A stretch of 64,000 nt of DNA from a virus (IMGVR_UViG_3300044852_000015:174015-238014); one strand, 5' to 3'; counted from the stretch's first letter, positions 18,824 to 28,263 are shown. A program made the numbers and translations. The notes: generated from the letters alone by a model not told the origin.

Positions 18824-19034
18824 TCGCTCAGGTCCCCAATGGAATGTAGGTGTAAAAGTTTACAAAACCGACATATGTACTTTAATACTTAGAATAGTAT
18901 GATGTATTACATCGGTACGGTAACTATACCATTCAAGTCAATTCTCTCTCTAAAGGACCATGGCCTCTTAGGGATGAGAGACTGGGATGGGTTCCCACAG
19001 CGGTAACTTAGATAGATCTATCACAGGAGCTGTT

Positions 19035-21104
19035 ATGATCAATATCAGAAACGCTGCTCCTCGCTCAATCCTGAAGGGCTTTAAAGATGAGAGCGGTCGC
19101 GCTCCGGTTGTAGAACCGGAACAGCTTCCTTCTCACTTGGCGCACACGTTCATCTTTTCTGAACGCGGTCCGCTCTTGCCCCAACTGGTTGTCGGGGACA
19201 GCCTGACTACTACTTACGGTGCGAAATCTTTCGACTACCGTTCGAAGTTTGCCAACCACCAAACCGTGCTGGTCAACACCATCAATGGCGAGGGCAACTC
19301 GCAGATGGTTCAACGTCTGGTTCCTGACGACGCCAAGACCGCTACACTGGTTCTCTGGCTCGACGTGGTTGCCGACGAAATCCCGCAATTCGAGCGTAAC
19401 CTCGATCTGTCGTTCAAGCTTTCACCCTTGGGCGAACGCATTGCTGTTGCCGCAGGTGGCGCTCCCGTCAACGGGTACCGTGGCCGCTGGGTTGTAGAAG
19501 AACTCGAAGACGGTAAAACCCTGGGCGAACTGGATGCTAAAGTCGGCGAACTGACTTCGGTTAAAACCGGCACCCAGTCCCAGATGTACCCAATCCATGC
19601 GTTCACCGTGGCCTCCCCAGGCTCGTACGGTAACCTGGTTGGTATCCGTCTGTCTGCCCCAACCACCGAATCGTCTTCACCGATCGACGACACCACCGTA
19701 GAAGAGGCGAAAGCCTACCTGTACCGGATCGCGATGGTTGAGCGTCCAGACGAGTTCTCTACCCCGAATGTGAAAGAAACACTTCAGGGTGAACAGTCGG
19801 TTGACTTCGCTTACAAGCCGGGCGTGATCAACTCCCGTACCGACAAGCTGGTGTCTGTTGAAGACATCTTGCTGCAATCGTGGAACGCTCCGGCGATCAA
19901 CGGTATCCCAGCAACTGTCGGCGTGATCGACGATCACCACGTTTACCACGAGAACATCGCAACTCTGCTGGCATTGTTCCAAGCCTCAGAAGAGCAGTTC
20001 GGTCTGATCTCGGATTCCGCAGACGACACGCACCTGTTCAACTTCGTGGGCGGCACCTCCATCAACAACGTTCCGTACTACTCGTTCGTCGTTGAAGGCC
20101 CGTCTACCGGTGGTGTGCTGTTGACCGAAACCTCCAGCCACTACGCTAAAGGTGGTGCTGACGGTACTCTGGACTTCGCAACCTTCGATACCCTCGTTGC
20201 TAACGCTACCGCCAACTACGGCGACCTGCCTGGCTTCGACTTCCTCGATACCGCGATCTACCCACAAAGCTGCATCTACGACACCGGTTTCACTCTGCCG
20301 ACGAAGAAGAAGCTGCTGACTGTATTGGGTCGTCGTAAGGACATGTACGTTGTACTGTCTACCCAGGACGTGTCTGCCAAGCAGAACACCCCGTCGGAAG
20401 AATCGAGCATCGCCGTCGCTCTGCGTACTGCGGCTCGCATGTATCCGGAATCGGAGATCTACGGTACGTCGGTTTGCCGTGCGATCGTGATCGGTCACTC
20501 TGGCTACCTGATCAACTCCCAATGGACCAAACTGACCCCGCTGACCATCGAGTTCGCGGCCAAGTCGGCTCGTTACATGGGTGCTGGCAATGGTATCTGG
20601 AAATCGGCTGCATCGTTCTCGATCTCCCCTGCCAACCAAGTCACCATGTTCCGCAACGTAAACGCCAGCTTCAAGAAAGTTGACGTCCGTTCGCAGGACT
20701 GGGAAAACGGTCTGGTATGGGTACAGAACTACGATCGCCGTAGCCTGTTCTTCCCTGCGTTCCAGACTGTCTATGATGACGACTCCTCGATCCTCAACAG
20801 CTTCTTCAACATGGCTGTGGGTGTTGAACTGGAGAAAGTTGCAGACCGCGCTTGGCGTGATCTGACCGGCATCGACGGACTGACTCCGGACCAGTTCATT
20901 GCTCGTTCCAACCGCATCATCAGTGAAAACGTTGCTGGCCGTTTCGACGGTCGTGTAGTGATCGAGGTGGAAACCATCTTGACTGCTGCCGATACCCAGC
21001 GCGGTTACTCCTGGTCGTGCAACATCATCATGTACGGTAACAACATGATGACCGTTGGTTCGTTCACCATCGTTGCCCGTCGTCGTGAGGACCTCGCACA
21101 ATGA
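19035..21104 (+). CDS. Contractile tail sheath protein (phiKZ gp29-like)
   Basis: 689 aa, AGGAG SD, strongly biased codons, sheath-like C-terminus (YDTGF...PESEIYGT...FDGRVVIEVET). Confidence 0.85.
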   Translation: MINIRNAAPRSILKGFKDESGRAPVVEPEQLPSHLAHTFIFSERGPLLPQLVVGDSLTTTYGAKSFDYRSKFANHQTVLVNTINGEGNSQMVQRLVPDDAKTATLVLWLDVVADEIPQFERNLDLSFKLSPLGERIAVAAGGAPVNGYRGRWVVEELEDGKTLGELDAKVGELTSVKTGTQSQMYPIHAFTVASPGSYGNLVGIRLSAPTTESSSPIDDTTVEEAKAYLYRIAMVERPDEFSTPNVKETLQGEQSVDFAYKPGVINSRTDKLVSVEDILLQSWNAPAINGIPATVGVIDDHHVYHENIATLLALFQASEEQFGLISDSADDTHLFNFVGGTSINNVPYYSFVVEGPSTGGVLLTETSSHYAKGGADGTLDFATFDTLVANATANYGDLPGFDFLDTAIYPQSCIYDTGFTLPTKKKLLTVLGRRKDMYVVLSTQDVSAKQNTPSEESSIAVALRTAARMYPESEIYGTSVCRAIVIGHSGYLINSQWTKLTPLTIEFAAKSARYMGAGNGIWKSAASFSISPANQVTMFRNVNASFKKVDVRSQDWENGLVWVQNYDRRSLFFPAFQTVYDDDSSILNSFFNMAVGVELEKVADRAWRDLTGIDGLTPDQFIARSNRIISENVAGRFDGRVVIEVETILTAADTQRGYSWSCNIIMYGNNMMTVGSFTIVARRREDLAQ

Positions 21105-21961
21105 GCCGCTTAGCCGATACGATCCTTGAAAACAAGGCGTACAACCAGTACGGTCGTCAGGCCATGGTTGACATCCGTAAGGGTGGACAGAACGGTGTAG
21201 CACCAGATTTCTCGACGTATATCAGCAACGCTGCGTACGTTCGCCGGAACCTGATCGCCATTCTGATCGAAGCTCCTCGTGGTTTCCAAGATCTCGAGAA
21301 CCCAGACTACTGGGTATCGACTCTGAAGAACCTCGTCGAGCTGGCGCCAAAATCCATTGAAGGTCTCCAGCAGACCCTCAGCGTTGAGCACATCGAAAAC
21401 CCATTCGGTGGCGCTGGTGAAGTCCAACAAGACATCTCCAACGTTACCCGTGCGCGTTCGGCACCTTCGTTCACCTGGACCGAGAAATACGGTAAGGCGA
21501 TCGCTGCGTTCCTGAACGGCTGGGTACTCAACCTGATCATGGACCCAGAAACCAAATACCCTCGTGTGGTCAACAACGCTGAAAAGCCGACTGACCTGCT
21601 GCCGGACTACACTGGCATGACGGTATTGTTCCTGGAACCCGATCCAACCGGCACCAAGGTGATCACTGCCTGGTTGTCTACCAACATGCGGCCTAACAGC
21701 AACGTGGCGGAGATTACTGGTAACCGTGACGTCACTGCGGCGCTGCAAGGTCAGGACTACAGCGTGGAGTTCACTGCTCTGACTCAGGTCGGTGAAGGCG
21801 TAAACACCTTCGCTCAAGAGCTGCTGGACAACATGACGCTGACCGGTGCTAACCCTAACCTGCAAGAAGCGTTCGTTCGAGAAATCGACGCCGACGTTAA
21901 AGCAGGCGAAAGCGGTTACGCCGAACAGATCGCGAAGATGGCCTCCTCGGCTATCTCGTAA
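21101..21961 (+). CDS. Tail tube protein (phiKZ gp30-like)
   Basis: 286 aa, ATGA overlap with the sheath gene, strongly biased codons. Confidence 0.8.
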   Translation: MSRLADTILENKAYNQYGRQAMVDIRKGGQNGVAPDFSTYISNAAYVRRNLIAILIEAPRGFQDLENPDYWVSTLKNLVELAPKSIEGLQQTLSVEHIENPFGGAGEVQQDISNVTRARSAPSFTWTEKYGKAIAAFLNGWVLNLIMDPETKYPRVVNNAEKPTDLLPDYTGMTVLFLEPDPTGTKVITAWLSTNMRPNSNVAEITGNRDVTAALQGQDYSVEFTALTQVGEGVNTFAQELLDNMTLTGANPNLQEAFVREIDADVKAGESGYAEQIAKMASSAIS

Positions 21962-21971
21962 GTCTGTGGTT

Positions 21972-22006
21972 AAGACGGAGGCCTTCGGGCTTCCGTTTTA
22001 TGCCGT
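21972..22006 (+). terminator. Hairpin terminator with TTTTATGCCGT tail
   Basis: AAGACGGAGGCC-TTCG-GGCTTCCGTTTT-ATGCCGT. Confidence 0.85.
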
Positions 22007-22064
22007 ATTTAATGAGGACTTTACAGTCTAACCTTTCCCCTATCACCAATAAGGATTTTGTTCC

Positions 22065-23342
22065 ATGGCCCTTAGTGAATATTTTGAACAGCTTCCTAAA
22101 AGCAAGCTGTCTGTGTCCTTCGAGAACTTTGACGCCCTGCGTGCGGTTGCCCGTGACCGTGTAGACGACCCACTACAAGCCGACGATACTCTGGACGCAC
22201 TGTCTGATGACGTCGATACCTTTGTGTGCTCACTGGAGTCGATCATTGACTCCGGTCAGTGTTCCATGGGTACTGCCACCATGGTCTGGGCTTCGCTGGA
22301 AAGCATCTCTGTCCGTATGGGCGTTGCGTTGACTGTACCGTCGCTGGAAGACGCTGGTAGTGATCCAGAGGTCATCCACAACATCGCCATGGAAGCATTC
22401 GGTGACATCATCGGTCGTGTTATCCAGGCGTACGTGAACAAGTACAAAACTATGTTCGCGGCACTGATCATCCTGTTCCAAGGTCGTGCGAAACTGGCTC
22501 AGCGCCACAAGCGCCGCATCGGTGAGTACCGTCAGGAATGGAAAGAGAAAGAACAGGACCTGTACAAGATCCGTCAGACCGGTAGCTCCAACGGTATGAT
22601 GACCCAACAGATGTTCTACCGCAACAACAAGGTCGAAACTGACCCGATGGCTGCGATGACATCCGACATGGCCTTCTACCGCTGGATGTTCGGTCCGTAC
22701 TCTCGTACCCTGGAGCAAATGGCCAAGACTGTGGGTTCTACCTTCAAGTCGGTCAAGATCAAAGGTGAAGCTGACGTTGAAACTCTGGTGGGTAAGATCG
22801 CCAAGCTCAAGCGTCCGATCGAAGCCTTCGATGACAAGTACCTGAACAAAGGTCCGATCCTGATGGGTAACGTAGGCTTCACGCTGCGTACCAGTAAGGC
22901 ACCAAAACCAGCAGGCCGTACCCCAGAGTACGAGAAGCTGGCAGAGATGTCGGGTAAGGCGATGGTCTACCCAGTGATCAAGGTGTTGAAGAAAGCCTTC
23001 GACCCAAGCTTCATCTGGAAAGACGTTGTCATCAAGAACGCTGACGTGCTCAAGTACCTCGACCTGCTGGAAGAGTCCTGCGACATCATCATCGACTACG
23101 TAGAGCGCATGAAGATCCACACCGCTCCTTACTGGGCGATGGTTGATGACATGAAGGGCGCTGCTGGTGCTGCTGACGGTTTGAACAACAACAGCAAGCG
23201 TGCGATCAAGCAGTGCATCGGTTACGGTGACTCCATCCGTTACCAACACTTCTTCCTCGTCAAGCAAATGTCGATGGTGTTGAACGACATGTCGACTGCG
23301 GGTACGTACTTCATCTCCCGTCTGATTGCTCGTTCGAAATAA
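22065..23342 (+). CDS. Internal head (inner-body-type) protein with a cleavable propeptide
   Basis: Acidic N-terminal third with repeated S/A-x-E motifs (SFE, SLE x3, AME) followed by a basic helical region. Confidence 0.7.
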   Translation: MALSEYFEQLPKSKLSVSFENFDALRAVARDRVDDPLQADDTLDALSDDVDTFVCSLESIIDSGQCSMGTATMVWASLESISVRMGVALTVPSLEDAGSDPEVIHNIAMEAFGDIIGRVIQAYVNKYKTMFAALIILFQGRAKLAQRHKRRIGEYRQEWKEKEQDLYKIRQTGSSNGMMTQQMFYRNNKVETDPMAAMTSDMAFYRWMFGPYSRTLEQMAKTVGSTFKSVKIKGEADVETLVGKIAKLKRPIEAFDDKYLNKGPILMGNVGFTLRTSKAPKPAGRTPEYEKLAEMSGKAMVYPVIKVLKKAFDPSFIWKDVVIKNADVLKYLDLLEESCDIIIDYVERMKIHTAPYWAMVDDMKGAAGAADGLNNNSKRAIKQCIGYGDSIRYQHFFLVKQMSMVLNDMSTAGTYFISRLIARSK

Positions 23343-23344
23343 CG

Positions 23345-23401
23345 CGGCATAAAAGCAAAAAAAAAAAAAGAGGGGGCCCGAAAGCCCTCTCTTTTATGCC
23401 G
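23345..23401. terminator. Bidirectional terminator (A-tract plus GCATA/TATGC)
   Basis: CGGCATAAAAGC-A13-GAGGGGGC-CCGAAA-GCCCTCTC-TTTTATGCCG. Confidence 0.8.
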
Positions 23402-23783
23402 CCTGTTTCTGACGGAACTGCAACACCAAGTCGTGTACCGTGTTGAACAGATCTAACTCATTGAGGTAGCTCTTGTCCAAGGAAAACGGATTGATGTAGT
23501 TGTTCTTTAGAGCGTAGTCGTAGAACTGTTGGTAACACTGTGTCTTCTCAGACCAACGATCGCTGAATGCCAAACACCACTGGAAGTAGAACACCACCAG
23601 AGAGTTATTGCCACACACTTGATGCACACGCATGGGTCGTAGCTCTTTAGCGAACTCAGTCGTTAAAGCCTCGTACTCATTGCGTTCTGTGATGGACTTC
23701 CCCCGAAGTTCCACCGCTTCATAACTCAAGCCAACCATTACCGCCAACAACAATGTCCTATAACGTTCTACGTCCACGGTCAT
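23394..23783 (-). CDS. Hypothetical protein
   Basis: 129-aa ORF. Confidence 0.6.
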   Translation of the reverse strand: MTVDVERYRTLLLAVMVGLSYEAVELRGKSITERNEYEALTTEFAKELRPMRVHQVCGNNSLVVFYFQWCLAFSDRWSEKTQCYQQFYDYALKNNYINPFSLDKSYLNELDLFNTVHDLVLQFRQKQAA

Positions 23784-23814
23784 GCCCCTAAGGTAACTTC
23801 TTCATACGGTAGGT

Positions 23815-24171
23815 TTAAATTTCACCCATGTACTCACAGATCAAGCCACGTTCTTCCGCGTAGGCTAAGATCTTGTCTTTACACAAGTGTCTGTGACAGA
23901 ACACACCAGCGCGACACATACACGCAATGGCCACCTTGTCTTGCTCAAAGAGAGCTTCCCATTCGTGAGGGGAGTCTATCTGGGACTGGGACAACATCGC
24001 GTTGTACAGCTCTGTGTACTCTTCCTGCGACATGCTCCCGTACTTGTACGAATGAACCATGTGCTTAGTGGGAGAGAACGCCGTTTCTTTCTTGAAGGTG
24101 GTATCTACAAAGAGAATACCTAGCGGGGCGCAACGACGCCACTGAGCCATTTGTATCGTGTACAGTTCCAT
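23815..24171 (-). CDS. DUF488-like protein
   Basis: AFSPT...EEYTELY...VAIACMCRAGVFCHRHL pattern. Confidence 0.6.
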   Translation of the reverse strand: MELYTIQMAQWRRCAPLGILFVDTTFKKETAFSPTKHMVHSYKYGSMSQEEYTELYNAMLSQSQIDSPHEWEALFEQDKVAIACMCRAGVFCHRHLCKDKILAYAEERGLICEYMGEI

Positions 24172-24196
24172 GGCAACCTCAACAAAAAATAAAACT

Positions 24197-24232
24197 CAGC
24201 ATAAAAGCGGTAGGGTTGGCCCCTACCGCTTT
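24197..24232 (-). terminator. Hairpin terminator with TATGC tail
   Basis: Plus-strand AAAGCGGTAGGG-TTGGC-CCCTACCGCTTT; the minus-strand tail reads TTTTATGCTG. Confidence 0.8.
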
Positions 24233-24244
24233 CACACAGATTGC

Positions 24245-25120
24245 TTAGGCCTTGGCCAGAGCTTCAGCAGCACGCTTGTTGATGCCGTCGCGGACTTTCT
24301 TCAGCGAACCTTTGTTCGCATGAGCGTTCACGCCGTACTTCATCGAGACGATGCCGTACTTGGTGACGGTTGCATTTGGATCGCGAGTTTCGCCTTCTTT
24401 CGGGATGCCGCCAGCCGGGTAGTCTTTCGAGCGCTGGATGGTGCCGGCCAGGGAGTCGCTACCGCAACCGAACTCGACGCTCAGTTGTTCCAGCTTCTCG
24501 TCGGCCTTGAAAGCCGGGATAGCGATGTTGGCCAGAGCTTCAGCAGTACCGGCAACCAGGTCGCTGGTGTGATCCTGGTAGACCTTGACGATTTCTGGGG
24601 TCAGGGTTTCTGGCAGCAGCTTGTTGTACAGATCGCTGCTGACTTCGACGATGCCCGCTTCACCGATTTTCATTTCGGCTTCGATTGCTGCGGCCAGGTC
24701 CAGAACGTTCTTTTTGATGTCGCTCATTGCACGATTTCCTTGCGGTTGATTATGTACTTCGGATTTATGAGGGGTAACTACATACACTTGTTCAGCGCAG
24801 TAATCTTTTACTGGTTGATTTGGTTGTTGCGGGACGCTTTCGAAGGTATCCTTTACCACTTTGTCGACGATCGCTTTGATCTCGTCGGCATCGAGTTCCC
24901 GAGGGGTAGGGTACGTGACCCTGATTACATCTGCCATCTCAGTGACGATCTCAAGTTGAATGTCACTGTCGATGCTGTCGTACCAGCCGTCGAAACCTCC
25001 TCGACAGCTTAGGTTAAACAGGATGTCCTTTGTTGCTTGGTTGGCTGGATCAGAGAGATCGAGTTTAGCGAAGGGATCTCCGTCATCCTCGTCTTCTTCC
25101 AGATCATGATTAGACATCAC
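24245..25120 (-). CDS. Hypothetical protein; long early isoform containing a nested in-frame gene 24245..24727
   Basis: 291-aa ORF after an early promoter; internal AAGGA SD plus ATG at 24727. Confidence 0.65.
   Translation of the reverse strand: MMSNHDLEEDEDDGDPFAKLDLSDPANQATKDILFNLSCRGGFDGWYDSIDSDIQLEIVTEMADVIRVTYPTPRELDADEIKAIVDKVVKDTFESVPQQPNQPVKDYCAEQVYVVTPHKSEVHNQPQGNRAMSDIKKNVLDLAAAIEAEMKIGEAGIVEVSSDLYNKLLPETLTPEIVKVYQDHTSDLVAGTAEALANIAIPAFKADEKLEQLSVEFGCGSDSLAGTIQRSKDYPAGGIPKEGETRDPNATVTKYGIVSMKYGVNAHANKGSLKKVRDGINKRAAEALAKA
24781..24808 (-). promoter_or_regulatory. Candidate middle/late promoter (AAAGATTAC-N15-TATG)
   Basis: Matches the recalled phiKZ AAanntTAC (about -24) and TATG (start site) motifs; same spacing at 48193-48220. 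Confidence 0.45.
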
Positions 25121-25156
25121 TTGACTCCATAGCCAATTGATTCAAGCTGGTTATTG

Positions 25157-25190
25157 CACTTAAGTAATATATACCTAAGTTTTCTTCGAA
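25157..25190 (-). promoter_or_regulatory. phiKZ-type early promoter
   Basis: TATATTACTTAAGTG, core 25171-25164. Confidence 0.75.
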
Positions 25191-25198
25191 TCGACTCT

Positions 25199-25483
25199 TC
25201 AGTTACGCTCAGCTAACACCGTGATCATTCCACGATCGTGACCGATGGCTGTGATCGAGAGGAGTGACTCCTTCTCATTATAGCCAACCCGCAGGAACCA
25301 CACACGCTTCAGGTTGTGGCGCACGTATTCAACCCAACGCTGGGCAACGTGACTGGTTGTACGTGGATTATCCTGATACCACTTCTCTACGGTACTCAGG
25401 ATGTCACGCTTGACACGATCGTGTCGTTCCCAGTGCGGATGTATCTCTAACTCGTAGTGCAGCGCCTTAGCGTCCTCAGCCAT
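25199..25483 (-). CDS. Hypothetical protein
   Basis: 94 aa, overlaps the upstream stop, GGAG SD. Confidence 0.65.
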   Translation of the reverse strand: MAEDAKALHYELEIHPHWERHDRVKRDILSTVEKWYQDNPRTTSHVAQRWVEYVRHNLKRVWFLRVGYNEKESLLSITAIGHDRGMITVLAERN

Positions 25484-25670
25484 TCTTAGCGCTCCACATC
25501 AACAACCCACCCAAAGCCCGACGCACAGGCTTAAAGATTACGATGCACACCAGAAACAGAATCTGGAGCGCAGTGATTGCTAAGCTGAGCTTAAGGAAGA
25601 TCAGACAGAACAAGTCGACGGCCAAGAAGCCGAGCAAACAGACCAACAGAAACTTCTTGATTACTTTCAT
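25476..25670 (-). CDS. Small membrane protein (2 TM)
   Basis: Two hydrophobic stretches; ATGA coupling. Confidence 0.65.
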   Translation of the reverse strand: MKVIKKFLLVCLLGFLAVDLFCLIFLKLSLAITALQILFLVCIVIFKPVRRALGGLLMWSAKNG

Positions 25671-25879
25671 CGCCGTTGGTACCAGCGATAGGTTTTCAGC
25701 ACAGCCAACCCAACAGCCAAGATGAACACAAAGAAGATTTGTGCGTAGAAGATGGCGTCAGAGGTGGGGAAGAATTGCATCAGTACCAGAATCGTAATCA
25801 GGTACACGATGGAGCACCCAATCAAATACCAAGCCTTGGGTGTGATGCTGCGAATGTAATTGCGAATTTGTGCTTTCAC
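25667..25879 (-). CDS. Small membrane protein (2 TM)
   Basis: Two hydrophobic stretches; GTG start after AAGG. Confidence 0.65.
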   Translation of the reverse strand: MKAQIRNYIRSITPKAWYLIGCSIVYLITILVLMQFFPTSDAIFYAQIFFVFILAVGLAVLKTYRWYQRR

Positions 25880-25929
25880 GGTAATTCTACCTTTTGATTA
25901 AAAGACTATGCTACAACTTTGTAGTTCAT

Positions 25930-25963
25930 CACCTAAGTAATATAGGTTTGAAATATATTTCAA
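25930..25963 (-). promoter_or_regulatory. phiKZ-type early promoter
   Basis: TATATTACTTAGGTG, core 25944-25937. Confidence 0.75.
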
Positions 25964-25977
25964 CAGAATCGTTTCTA

Positions 25978-26023
25978 ACGGCATAAAAGACCCAAGGGCT
26001 ACACACCCTTGGGTTCTTATGCG
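25978..26023 (-). terminator. Hairpin terminator, GCATA/TATGC class
   Basis: Plus-strand ACGGCATAAAAGACCCAAGGG-CTACACA-CCCTTGGGTTCTTATGCG. Confidence 0.8.
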
Positions 26024-26029
26024 ATCGTG

Positions 26030-26743
26030 TCACCAGCGAGCGCTGGGAGGCTCCTGATGGGACAGGAGGTCTGCTGTTTGGCCTTTGATCTTCTTCCACT
26101 CAGTAGCGGTCAGTTGGCGAAGGTTTGACACTTCCCCTTTGTTCCAACCCTCTACCATGCGAGCGTATTCCAATGTCCAGAACCCTTCAGTCAGTATGAT
26201 GTCATCCATCAACCGAACCACCGCACCTTTACTCACCTCGAAGAACATCTCGACGGCTTTCTGGTACTTCGCGTTTAGCTGCCTTACATAGACCGACCGG
26301 TAGAAATACTTACCGATGATCTCGGCTGAGTATGACCACTTATTGTCAGCGTAAGGAACCAACCACCGTTCGTCAGTGTAGTCAGCATCGAACAAGATCT
26401 TGACGGACGGCTTGACGTTCACCTGGTTTCGGAAACCGTAGATGTACCAACCATCACGCCACTTCTTGTTGTAGCGACCCTCTTCCCAATCGTAACGATC
26501 CTGTTGATAACCCAAGATGCAACCAATGATGGTCGGTGCCGTACTCACACGAGGAACAGAACGATCCTCGTGCTTTGCAGAGCGTTGGGTCAGTTGGGGA
26601 ACGAACTTCTTGATCCCAGGGTCAATCGAGATGTGATACAGGAATTCCTGACCCATCTCCTCTGGCGACACAACCGTACAGTTCTTACCTACCCCGTTCT
26701 TGAAGGAATCAATGTAGGCTTGACAGTCTTCGACGTCGCTCAT
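26030..26743 (-). CDS. Virion head-associated protein (phiKZ gp174-like)
   Basis: 237 aa; LYHIS...EDRSVPRVSTAPTIIGC; directly downstream of the protease gene. Confidence 0.6.
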   Translation of the reverse strand: MSDVEDCQAYIDSFKNGVGKNCTVVSPEEMGQEFLYHISIDPGIKKFVPQLTQRSAKHEDRSVPRVSTAPTIIGCILGYQQDRYDWEEGRYNKKWRDGWYIYGFRNQVNVKPSVKILFDADYTDERWLVPYADNKWSYSAEIIGKYFYRSVYVRQLNAKYQKAVEMFFEVSKGAVVRLMDDIILTEGFWTLEYARMVEGWNKGEVSNLRQLTATEWKKIKGQTADLLSHQEPPSARW

Positions 26744-26753
26744 TTCAGTCCCC

Positions 26754-27518
26754 TTACCAGCGGGCTGAAGGTGGCAACACCAAACCAGCAGGGCCAGTCT
26801 TCTTCCAACCGAAGTCAACGAAGATCGTACCGCTACTTACGCCACCGTTGTCTTCCATCGACACGCCAGCCCCCACACCGCTTTCCATCGCTTCGATGTG
26901 ATCACGGGTGAACTCGGCTTCCTCGAAGGATTCCAGTGACGGGGAGTGCCACTTACGAGCAATGTCAATGCCAGGTTCGTTCACGTAGTCCCAGGTGACG
27001 ATCGTACGGATGTGCTTGACCAGACGTCCGCCTTCAATCTTGTCATCCGTCAGCGAGCGTACAGAGAAGCACACGCTCTCGTTCGGGTTCTCCATCGACT
27101 CGCCCAGAGCCTGACCTTTAGGGCCAGACGGCTTGACGTGTCCGATGACCGCAACCACACGATTACCCGACTTGTCTTTGATCGTGTCCTTCTCGATGCG
27201 TACATCTTTGAAGTGGCAGCAGACGTTGTCTTCGTAGATCGTGGACACACGACGCAGGAAGCTGCGCATGTCTTGACCCGGCAGTTGTTTAGGGTGACCG
27301 TACTCGCCACGGCAAGCACCAGTCTCAATACGACGCATCAAGTTCGAGGATTGCTCGAACAGTGACTGAGCCGATTTCAGCGGATAGAAAGCACCACCGC
27401 TGTTGTAGGTGTCCAGACCACCCAGGACGAACTCGTAATAGCCGTCGCTGTCAGGAGTCATCTTCCCTACTTTGTTTGTGCCGAGCAACGCGACACAACC
27501 GTAACTTACACGTTCCAT
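26754..27518 (-). CDS. Prohead maturation protease (phiKZ gp175-like)
   Basis: GEYGHP (His), FSVRS (Ser) and TWDYVNEPG (Asp) as in T4 gp21-family proteases; C-terminal SLE/AME/SME autocleavage-type sites. Confidence 0.9.
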   Translation of the reverse strand: MERVSYGCVALLGTNKVGKMTPDSDGYYEFVLGGLDTYNSGGAFYPLKSAQSLFEQSSNLMRRIETGACRGEYGHPKQLPGQDMRSFLRRVSTIYEDNVCCHFKDVRIEKDTIKDKSGNRVVAVIGHVKPSGPKGQALGESMENPNESVCFSVRSLTDDKIEGGRLVKHIRTIVTWDYVNEPGIDIARKWHSPSLESFEEAEFTRDHIEAMESGVGAGVSMEDNGGVSSGTIFVDFGWKKTGPAGLVLPPSARW

Positions 27519-27525
27519 AAGGCAC

Positions 27526-28251
27526 CTACCTTCTCAAGAGTCCTTCGATAGGCTCCACTGTGTCAGATGGATTCACCAGTGCAGAGGTGAGGCCTTCTTC
27601 CCAGTAAGCACCTACCAGTTTTGCTGTAGTGTTACTTGCCCCGTACGTCACGCTTCGCAGAGGGATATAGAACGCAGGGGTAGTCCCCAGGTCCTTCTCC
27701 AACTTCAAAGCGTGACGGTAGAACATTGACCGGTCTGCGGACAAACGACTGATCGCGGCGATGATCATTTCCACGATGGCGAAGTTAGCACCCACAGACA
27801 CACCAGCATGTTTCGGTGCACTCTCGAAGATACGCCCCAAGTCCTCGTAAGACATGAACCAAGGAACGTGTCCCTTAGCAATGATCTCCGAATAGACTCG
27901 GTAAATGAAAGTGTCTCGCTTAACCAGGTTGAGGTCAGCAATCACCACACTCCCCGGATCGAAGACGAACTCAATGTAGTCCTCATCATCCAGTTTGATG
28001 TAGTTAGTGCTTGTGGGTTCAATACGCATCATGGCATTGACCAACGACACACCGTAATAGGCATCGTCGACCGTGATTGCAAAGATACCGGAGATACTAG
28101 TCTCGGTACCCAAGAACGCCATCTGTTGTTCTGTAAAACGGGCAGGGACGTAGATCTTACATCCCTTCGTTGTTACCAACGTTCCGTCTTCCATCTCCCG
28201 CAGATACGCATGAACCTTCGAAGGATCTCGTTTGAACTTTCTCGGGTCCAT
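27526..28251 (-). CDS. Conserved protein (phiKZ gp176-like)
   Basis: 241 aa; synteny between the protease and RNAP genes. Confidence 0.7.
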   Translation of the reverse strand: MDPRKFKRDPSKVHAYLREMEDGTLVTTKGCKIYVPARFTEQQMAFLGTETSISGIFAITVDDAYYGVSLVNAMMRIEPTSTNYIKLDDEDYIEFVFDPGSVVIADLNLVKRDTFIYRVYSEIIAKGHVPWFMSYEDLGRIFESAPKHAGVSVGANFAIVEMIIAAISRLSADRSMFYRHALKLEKDLGTTPAFYIPLRSVTYGASNTTAKLVGAYWEEGLTSALVNPSDTVEPIEGLLRR

Positions 28252-28263
28252 CGGTTATATTCC

